Program-made: the position numbers and the translations under genes
Shown here: piece after piece, positions 34,376-41,187 of the stretch
How the letters are laid out: the number at the start of each line of letters is the position of its first letter
Numbering within the stretch: the stretch's first letter is position 1
DNA from: Chloroherpetonaceae bacterium
Lineage (GTDB): Bacteria; Bacteroidota; Chlorobiia; Chlorobiales; Thermochlorobacteraceae
Direction of reading: 5' to 3'
Length of the DNA: 64,000 bases
Assembly: GCA_046292465.1 (NCBI GenBank)
Contig: JBKBRB010000002.1
Location: forward strand, 159,027 to 223,026
The notes under the pieces: model-generated
Databases searched by the model: none
What the model saw: the letters and a program-made list of their open reading frames with translations, nothing else
Told to the model about the DNA's origin: nothing

Positions 34376-35257
34376 ATGAAATGGAACATTCTGACTCGCG
34401 CCGACCTTGATGGCATTGTTTGCGCGGTGATTCTTAAAAACACCGAAGACATTGATAAAATCCGATTCGCCGAACCCAAATTCGTTCAAGATGGCGAAGT
34501 AGAAGTATTTCCAAATGATATTATCACCAACCTTCCCTACGACAAACGTTGCGGCATGTGGTTCGACCATCACATCGCTAATGTCAAACCGAAAAATTTC
34601 AAAGGCGCGTTCAAACTTGCACCTTCTGCCGCTCGTGTCGTTTATGACTACTACTTCCCCAACTTTCCGTCTCTTTCCAAATATGATGAGTTAATGCAAG
34701 CCACCGATAAAATCGATGCCGCACAACTCACCTACAACGAAGTGCTCGAACCCGAAGGCTACCTCCTGCTCTCAATGACCATCGACGGTAAGTTTCACGA
34801 AGATGAACCCTACTGGCAACACCTCGTCAACTTGCTTAAAGACAAAACCCTGCCCGACATCATGAACGACCCCATGGTCAAAGAAAAAGTTGCCAAGTTC
34901 AAAGAACAAGATTTTCTCTTCCGACAAGCCGTTCAAGATTACTCGCGCGTAGAAAAGAACGTGCTGATTACCGACCTACGAAACTATGGCGACCTTCCGA
35001 ACGGAAATCGCTACTACGTTTATGCCTTTCAAGCCACGACGAATCTCTCGATGCGCATTACCAACGACCGTGAGCGTCCGGGCTATGTTTCCATCGGCGT
35101 TGGCTACAACATCTTCAATAAAACGGCGAACATCAACATCGGCGAATTGATGAAAAAATATGGCGGCGGCGGACATAAATCTGTCGGAAGCACAAAAGTC
35201 AAAGCCGAAGACGCCGACCGCGTCGTGAAGGAAATGCTTGGCTACTTAACGCGCTGA
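34376..35257 (+). CDS. DHH/DHHA1-family phosphoesterase (NrnA-like)
   Basis: Motif I is RADLDG, motif III is WFDHH, and the DHHA1 motif is YGGGGHKSVGS. Confidence 0.75.
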   Translation: MKWNILTRADLDGIVCAVILKNTEDIDKIRFAEPKFVQDGEVEVFPNDIITNLPYDKRCGMWFDHHIANVKPKNFKGAFKLAPSAARVVYDYYFPNFPSLSKYDELMQATDKIDAAQLTYNEVLEPEGYLLLSMTIDGKFHEDEPYWQHLVNLLKDKTLPDIMNDPMVKEKVAKFKEQDFLFRQAVQDYSRVEKNVLITDLRNYGDLPNGNRYYVYAFQATTNLSMRITNDRERPGYVSIGVGYNIFNKTANINIGELMKKYGGGGHKSVGSTKVKAEDADRVVKEMLGYLTR

Positions 35258-35261
35258 CCCC

Positions 35262-35663
35262 ATGCCACCTCGCACCTTTACGCACACAGTTCGCGTTATT
35301 TATGCCTACACCGACCAAATGAGCGTCGTTTATTACGGACGATATTTCGAGTTTATCGAAGCTGCTCGCAACGAACTTTTGCGCGAATGTGGCTTCACTT
35401 ACAAAGAACTCGAATCGCTTGGCATTATGCTTCCTGTTGTTTCCGCCCACTTGGATTACTTCGCGCCCGCACGCTACGACGACGAAATTGAAATTCACAC
35501 GCACATCGAAAAACTTGAAAACGTCCGTGTAACAATCGCTTACACGGCGTTCGAAAAATCCTCCCGCCAAAAACTTTTTTCAGGCTACACCATTCACGCT
35601 TTTGTGAACACAAACGGCAAGCCCACTCGCCCGCCCAAAGCCTTTTTAGAAAAAGTTCAGTGA
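35262..35663 (+). CDS. acyl-CoA thioesterase, YbgC/4HBT hotdog family
   Basis: VIYAYTDQMSVVYYGRYFEFIEAARNELLRECG is the typical catalytic Asp context. Length is 133 aa. Confidence 0.85.
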   Translation: MPPRTFTHTVRVIYAYTDQMSVVYYGRYFEFIEAARNELLRECGFTYKELESLGIMLPVVSAHLDYFAPARYDDEIEIHTHIEKLENVRVTIAYTAFEKSSRQKLFSGYTIHAFVNTNGKPTRPPKAFLEKVQ

Positions 35664-35679
35664 GAAAGTTCAGTGAGAA
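35654..35679. repeat. perfect 2 x 13-bp tandem duplication AGTTCAGTGAGAA spanning the thioesterase stop codon
   Basis: It spans 35654-35666 and 35667-35679. The TGA stop lies at 35661-35663, inside the first unit. Confidence 0.85.
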
Positions 35680-35696
35680 AAGTTTAATGATGCCTT

Positions 35697-36347
35697 TCAG
35701 GCTTTCTTCTTGGCTTCAAAATTTTTGAGGTAAAGCGGCGAGGCTGTCGAAAGGTCGGCAAGTTCCCCGCGCAATCGTTTTTCTTTGGCAATCGCGAGCA
35801 GGCATTCCGCCGTGAAAAAATCTGCGTTAATTACTTCTTCTGCCTCAAAGGCAGATGCCCAACGCGCAAGGTTGCGCCCGACGACCGCGACCGACTTCAT
35901 CGTTTGAAGTTTTTGATTGAGTTGCGAGAGCGAAAGGTAATCGTATTGAATCGGTGTTGAGCGCGAGATGATGCCCACATAAAATTCATCGGCTTTGGAA
36001 TAGGCAACCGTAACAAGACTCTGGGCTTGGGTTTTCGGGAAGGTTGCATGGGCAAGGGCTTCAAAAGTCGGAATCAGAACAAGCGGACGGTTGTGCGCAA
36101 AACACAGTCCTTTTGCGGTCGCAATGCCGATACGCAAGGCGGTAAATGAACCCGGTCCTGACGAGAGCGCGACAGCGTCAAGGTCGCTCGGCTTGATGGA
36201 TAACTCTTGCAAGGCTTCAGCAATGAGCGCGACAATCTGCTCACCGCTCTTTTGCCAATGTTCGCCACGCTTTATAGCCGTGCGCTCTACATTTGCTGAT
36301 GCAATCGTCAGTGGAAACTCGGTGCACTCAATCGCAAGCAGGTTCAT
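35697..36347 (-). CDS. tsaB: tRNA t6A37 biosynthesis protein TsaB
   Basis: LAIECT at the start and SGPGSFTALRIGIATAKGL are present. It overlaps tsaE by 4 nt. Confidence 0.88.
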   Translation of the reverse strand: MNLLAIECTEFPLTIASANVERTAIKRGEHWQKSGEQIVALIAEALQELSIKPSDLDAVALSSGPGSFTALRIGIATAKGLCFAHNRPLVLIPTFEALAHATFPKTQAQSLVTVAYSKADEFYVGIISRSTPIQYDYLSLSQLNQKLQTMKSVAVVGRNLARWASAFEAEEVINADFFTAECLLAIAKEKRLRGELADLSTASPLYLKNFEAKKKA

Positions 36348-36787
36348 CGTAGCGGAAAAGATTGTTCGAAGGTGATAAGCCGTTCCGATTCTGTTGCGCG
36401 GTGCAACTCAATTCGCTTTGCCGTTTTCGGAACAAGGTCTGGAAATTTATCTGCCCACTCAATCACCGAAACGCCATTGCCATAAAGATATTCCTCAAAG
36501 CCGATGTTGTAAAGTTCTTCGGGCGAATTAAGCCGATACCAATCGAAATGATGAATTGTAAAAGGCTCTCCGCTTCGCGAGCCGTTGTAGATGTTGAGAA
36601 TTGTAAAGGTTGGACTGGTAAGTTGTTCGGTGCAATTAAAGACATCGGTAATGCCGCGCGTGAATTCCGTTTTGCCTGAACCGAGCGTGCCGACAAGGGC
36701 AACGCAATCGCCGTGCTTCAAAGAGCAGGCAAATTGACGGGCAAGTTCGCGCGTCTCTTCGGTTGATTTTGTTAGAACTTGTTTCAT
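36344..36787 (-). CDS. tsaE: tRNA t6A37 biosynthesis ATPase TsaE
   Basis: The P-loop is LVGTLGSGKTEFTRGI, and SPTFTI and HFDWYRL are present. The ATG at 36787 overlaps the upstream stop (36784); the track ORF extends to 36877. Confidence 0.88.
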   Translation of the reverse strand: MKQVLTKSTEETRELARQFACSLKHGDCVALVGTLGSGKTEFTRGITDVFNCTEQLTSPTFTILNIYNGSRSGEPFTIHHFDWYRLNSPEELYNIGFEEYLYGNGVSVIEWADKFPDLVPKTAKRIELHRATESERLITFEQSFPLR

Positions 36788-37275
36788 TTTTTTTCGATGC
36801 GAATTGCGGTCGCTGTAAATATGAGGCTGTCGCCTTCGATGGTTTGTGCAAACTCTGCGAGCGCATTTGCATTGCAATCGAGCGCCATTGCTTTGAGTTG
36901 AATCATGGCATAAAACCGCTTGTAGCCTGTGTTTTCAAGCGAATCGGGCGAGGCGAGGTCGGCAAGGCGAAGTTGCTTGATGATTTGAGCATTTTCAGGC
37001 ACGGTGTCTAACATTGCAACGCCTGCAGGTGTGAACCCAAAACGCCGCTGTGTGTTTTCGCGTGCCGCCATGTGTCGCGGGCACATGCAATTGGCTTCAT
37101 CGGGCAATCCTGACGGCAGAAGTTTATGCTGTTTAGCTGTGTCAGCGGGCGGCTCGTCCGCTATCGGAATCTCTTGCGCTTGCAAGGACGAGACGAAGAG
37201 CAACAGCGCGAGCGGCAATAAGGCAAAGTGCCACCGCACTGGCGCAATAAGTTGAACAGAAACCTTATCCATCAA
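36784..37275 (-). CDS. hypothetical secreted protein (163 aa)
   Basis: A signal-like hydrophobic stretch ends in SSLQAQ. It overlaps both neighbours by 4 nt. No domain is assigned. Confidence 0.5.
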   Translation of the reverse strand: MMDKVSVQLIAPVRWHFALLPLALLLFVSSLQAQEIPIADEPPADTAKQHKLLPSGLPDEANCMCPRHMAARENTQRRFGFTPAGVAMLDTVPENAQIIKQLRLADLASPDSLENTGYKRFYAMIQLKAMALDCNANALAEFAQTIEGDSLIFTATAIRIEKK

Positions 37276-37892
37276 AATCCATTTGGCGTTGGCGTTCCTG
37301 CTTGGTGTTGCATAACGTCTTTATCTTTCGGGTCGGTCTCTTTGACTTGTGAGGCTTCGATTTCATAAACGCTCACCACAAATCCGTCAATTTTCGTCTC
37401 TTCAATTTTGAACTTCCCTGTTACGCGAATCGGCGAATAAACATATGGCGTCGACTTGCCTTTTTGCATTTTCACCATCACCGTTTCGTTTGGCTCAGGC
37501 GGCACGGAGTAACAGCACCCGAAGAACGGCACTTGCACCAGCATAAACTCGGTTACATCTAAGGCTTCCGACATTGGAATCATATAGCCCGCAAGGCTGA
37601 CTTCTTTGCCTTGTAAGGCTTTGAGTTTTTCAGGAATGGGATTGTTGGCTTTTCGGCTGAATCGATACTCGCGCAAGTCGTTGAACGTGATGCGAATGGC
37701 GTTTTCCAAAAAGACTTGACGAATGTTCGTTTCGGGGTCGCGCTCTTGCTTTGGCAGTTGACGGTGCTCGGCTCTTAATTTTTTCAATGCCGATGCGAAG
37801 GCTTCTTTTTCTGAGACCTGCGCCGAGACAATCAGATTGATGATGACAATGCCGATGATGATTCCGATTGAGGATAAAAACTTGCTCTTCAT
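37272..37892 (-). CDS. DUF3299-like exported protein
   Basis: LQGKEVSLAGYMIPM...EFMLVQVPFFGCCYSVPPEPNETVMVKM follows the DUF3299 pattern. I chose the ATG at 37892 (MKSKFLSSIGIII); the track uses TTG at 37931. Confidence 0.6.
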   Translation of the reverse strand: MKSKFLSSIGIIIGIVIINLIVSAQVSEKEAFASALKKLRAEHRQLPKQERDPETNIRQVFLENAIRITFNDLREYRFSRKANNPIPEKLKALQGKEVSLAGYMIPMSEALDVTEFMLVQVPFFGCCYSVPPEPNETVMVKMQKGKSTPYVYSPIRVTGKFKIEETKIDGFVVSVYEIEASQVKETDPKDKDVMQHQAGTPTPNGF

Positions 37893-38051
37893 TGTTTGTA
37901 TGTGCCTTTTACTTTCAGTTAAACTTTTCAATTAAAGTTACGAATGTTTCGTTTCTCTCGTTCATTTTACGACGAGCGACGCAATTTTCTCTGACCTCAC
38001 TTTTGCCTAAATTGCATTTCCTTGTTTGAGTTTGCCTTCGACCATCAACGC

Positions 38052-38813
38052 ATGAAACGGTTCATCTTTTGTTTCCTCCTCTCCTCGCTTTCCTCGCAGG
38101 TGCTTTCGCAAGTCAATAGCGAAGCCTTAATGCGTGGCACTGAATTAGGCTTCGGCACACGGCTCGGCATTGACTTCGGATTTAATTCAGGCAACACCAA
38201 TTTTTTTCGATGGCAACTCGACGCGCGTTCTGACTACCGCATTAAACACTTTTACACTTTTCTCGTTGGCAATTTAGAGCGCGGCACTGCAAACAATGAG
38301 ATATTTCTCTTTCGCGGATTCTTGCACTATCGCGCCATCTGGCAACCCGATACGCTCTTTCAACCTGAATTTTTCACACAGCGCGAGTTTAACGATTTTA
38401 TCTTGCTCAAAGACCGCATTTTGTTCGGTTCAGGCGTGCGGCTCAACTTGCGTTACCTACAACCAACCGACACCGTCATGGCGTTCAAACTTACGCTCGG
38501 CATCGGCGCAATGTGGGAACAAGAACGATTCACCGAACGCGATCCTGAAACGAAACTCTTTCGCTTAACGAACTACCTTGCCTTTTTATGGCGAATCGTT
38601 CCGCGCACCTCGCTGCAACTTATCGGCTATTATCAAGTTGATGTCAATCGTTTCTCGGACTATCGCTTGCTTCTCGACGGCTTACTCACCATCAATATCA
38701 CCGATAAACTTGCAGCGACCGTAACCATGATTTATCGCTACGATAACGAACCTGTCCGAAATGTCGCTCGATTCGACCTCGATCTTCGCAACGGCTTTAC
38801 TTATACTTTTTAA
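38052..38813 (+). CDS. DUF481-like outer-membrane beta-barrel protein
   Basis: A signal peptide starts from the ATG at 38052. Alternating beta-strand pattern, SGNTN motif and a terminal aromatic residue (YTF) are present. Confidence 0.6.
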   Translation: MKRFIFCFLLSSLSSQVLSQVNSEALMRGTELGFGTRLGIDFGFNSGNTNFFRWQLDARSDYRIKHFYTFLVGNLERGTANNEIFLFRGFLHYRAIWQPDTLFQPEFFTQREFNDFILLKDRILFGSGVRLNLRYLQPTDTVMAFKLTLGIGAMWEQERFTERDPETKLFRLTNYLAFLWRIVPRTSLQLIGYYQVDVNRFSDYRLLLDGLLTINITDKLAATVTMIYRYDNEPVRNVARFDLDLRNGFTYTF

Positions 38814-38831
38814 CCAAAATTTTGATTTGTT

Positions 38832-40880
38832 ATGGCAATCACAAAACGCCCAACGGCTAAATCCAAAAACACCGCAAACGGCACTTCAACTCGAGCCTCG
38901 CTCCATCACATTCAAAACGGCAAAATGCGCGCCGTAATTGATAAAGTGTTGCCTTGTATTGACGGTGGAACTTACCCCATCAAGCGTGTCGTCGGAGAAT
39001 CTGTAACAGTCGTGGCAGATGTCTTCGCCGATGGACACGACACGATTGTCGTTACGCTTCGCTATCGCAACAAAGGCGAAACCGCATGGCACGAACTGCC
39101 GATGGGATTTTTGGGCAACGACCGATGGCAAGGTGAGTTTGTTACCTCTCTTGTTGGAGAAATGGAATATGCCGTCGCCGCGCGCGTCGATCATTTCCTT
39201 TCGTGGCAACTTGGCTTCAAAAAGCGTGTTGAAGCAGGGCAAACGGCTGAATCCTTAAAAACCGAAGTGCTCATTGGTGCCGACCTTTTAGGCGAGATTG
39301 CTAAACGCGCCTCCGCCGACGACGCTAAGAAAATCAAGTCTCTGCAGACGTCGCTCAAAAAAAAGGCAGGGACGGCTGAATGCGTTTCCGAAGCACTTTC
39401 CGATACGCTCACGCGCTTTGCCGCACAATATCCCGACGAATCTATTACCACGCAAAGTCACATTTATCGCGTTACGGTCGATCCGCCCAAAGCAGGCTTT
39501 TCAACTTGGGTTGAAATCTTCCCGCGCTCTTGGAGTCAAACGCCTTACCAACACGGCACCTTCAAGGATTGCGAGCGACTTTTGCCTGAATTTGCTGAAA
39601 TGGGCTTCGATGTGCTTTACCTTCCGCCGATTCACCCGATTGGAATTACCAAACGAAAAGGCAAAAACAACAGCACTGTCGCACAAGCAGGCGATGTCGG
39701 AAGTCCTTGGGCAATTGGTTCAAAGGAAGGTGGGCACAAAGCCATTCACCCTGAACTTGGCACGCTTGAAGATTTTCGGCACTTGGTTCAAACGGCAAAG
39801 TCGTTCGGCATTGATATTGCGCTCGATATTGCTTTTCAATGTTCGCCCGACCACCCTTATGTTAAAGAGCACCCCGAATGGTTCAAGTGGCGACCTGACG
39901 GCACAGTGCAGTATGCCGAAAATCCGCCGAAGAAATATGAAGATGTGTTGCCGTTCAATTTTGAGACGGACGATTGGCAAAATCTTTGGCTCGAACTCAA
40001 ATCTGTTTTTGAGTTTTGGATTCAGCAAGGCGTAACGATTTTCCGCGTCGATAATCCGCACACAAAGCCGTTTGCCTTTTGGGAGTGGTGCATTTCGGAA
40101 CTCAAACGCAATTATCCCGAAACGATTTTTCTTTCCGAAGCCTTCACGCGCCCGAAAGTGATGTATCGCTTAGCGAAACTTGGCTATACGCACTCCTACA
40201 CCTACTTCACTTGGCGCAACAACAAGCGCGACCTTCAAGCCTATTTGACCGAACTGACCACAACCGACGTCAAAGAGTTTTTCCGTCCAAACTTTTGGGC
40301 AAATACGCCCGATATTTTGTCGGAAGAATTTTTGCACTACGCGCCGCCCTCTGCCTTTATGCTTCGCTACGCACTTGCGGCAACGCTTTCCTCAAACATC
40401 GGCATTTATGAACCGGCTTTCAGCCTTTGCCTCAACAAGCCACTGATGAAAGGCAAAGAAGAATATCTGGATTCAGAGAAGTATGAAATCAAGGCGTGGG
40501 ATATGTCGCAGTTCAACATTCGTCCGTTCATCAAGCGCATCAATCAAATTCGCAAGGAAAATCCCGCGCTTCAACAAACGAACAACCTTACTTTCACCCA
40601 AGTGGAAATTGCACCACAAGTTGAGAGCGAGTATTTGATTGCTTATTTGAAGTCGAGTGGGAACAATCACCTTTTGACTGTTGTGAACCATCACCCGTCG
40701 CAAGCGCAGGAAGGCTGGGTTCGCGTGCCGCTTGAACGCTTGGAGATTCAGGAAGGGGAATCATATCGCGTGCGCGAACTTATCACAAACACGGAGTTCG
40801 TTTGGAACAAAGCGTGGAACTACATTCGCCTGAATCCAAATGAACTCGTCGCCGCCATTTTCCGAATTGAGCCGGAATGA
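38832..40880 (+). CDS. glgE: alpha-1,4-glucan:maltose-1-phosphate maltosyltransferase
   Basis: The N-domain reads IDKVLPCIDGGTYPIKRVVGESVTVVADVFADGHD. The GH13 core has YLPPIHPIG, FRVDNPHTKP and FLSEAFT. Length is 682 aa. Confidence 0.88.
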   Translation: MAITKRPTAKSKNTANGTSTRASLHHIQNGKMRAVIDKVLPCIDGGTYPIKRVVGESVTVVADVFADGHDTIVVTLRYRNKGETAWHELPMGFLGNDRWQGEFVTSLVGEMEYAVAARVDHFLSWQLGFKKRVEAGQTAESLKTEVLIGADLLGEIAKRASADDAKKIKSLQTSLKKKAGTAECVSEALSDTLTRFAAQYPDESITTQSHIYRVTVDPPKAGFSTWVEIFPRSWSQTPYQHGTFKDCERLLPEFAEMGFDVLYLPPIHPIGITKRKGKNNSTVAQAGDVGSPWAIGSKEGGHKAIHPELGTLEDFRHLVQTAKSFGIDIALDIAFQCSPDHPYVKEHPEWFKWRPDGTVQYAENPPKKYEDVLPFNFETDDWQNLWLELKSVFEFWIQQGVTIFRVDNPHTKPFAFWEWCISELKRNYPETIFLSEAFTRPKVMYRLAKLGYTHSYTYFTWRNNKRDLQAYLTELTTTDVKEFFRPNFWANTPDILSEEFLHYAPPSAFMLRYALAATLSSNIGIYEPAFSLCLNKPLMKGKEEYLDSEKYEIKAWDMSQFNIRPFIKRINQIRKENPALQQTNNLTFTQVEIAPQVESEYLIAYLKSSGNNHLLTVVNHHPSQAQEGWVRVPLERLEIQEGESYRVRELITNTEFVWNKAWNYIRLNPNELVAAIFRIEPE

Positions 40881-40911
40881 ATCTCGAAAATTCGGAACAC
40901 GGATTGAGCCG

Positions 40912-41090
40912 ATTGAATGAGTTAATGAATAATGAAGAGTGAGGAGTGAAAGATTGGAACACGGATTGAACAGATGACGCGGGTTTGCACAGAGACAATT
41001 GAGACGAATCAGTGGCGAAAGAATGGCTTGTGTCTCGTTCATCATTACTCATTACTCGTTATTCATTACTCGTTATTCACTATTCATCAA
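40912..41090. repeat. AT-rich imperfect inverted repeat with 14-bp tandem units (member of a local intergenic repeat family)
   Basis: The left arm is GAGTTAATGAATAATGAAGAGTGAGG (around 40917-40945). The right arm contains CATTACTCGTTATT twice (41050-41063 and 41064-41077) plus partial units, and its reverse complement is AATGAATAACGAGTAATGA. An inner GAGACA/TGTCTC stem lies at 40991-40996 and 41031-41036. A 14-bp direct repeat, GGAACACGGATTGA, lies at 40894-40907 and 40956-40969. Confidence 0.75.
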
Positions 41091-41187
41091 ACTGACGGAT
41101 TACAAAAACTTAACTTCGCCGCTTTTTTGCCAATGTCTATATTGCGTTTCTAAATCTGCTTTCTTCTAACCTGATAACGAACACACC

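Noticed and set aside
39298-40035. 245-aa plus-strand ORF inside glgE
   Set aside because: It is an alternative frame of the same strand with an Arg/Ser/Leu-rich product. The glgE frame has strong GH13/GlgE motifs throughout.
41043-41090. Tandem CATTACTCGTTATT units as a possible CRISPR array
   Set aside because: The units are 14 bp and contiguous without spacers, they form the arm of an inverted repeat, and no cas genes are in the window.
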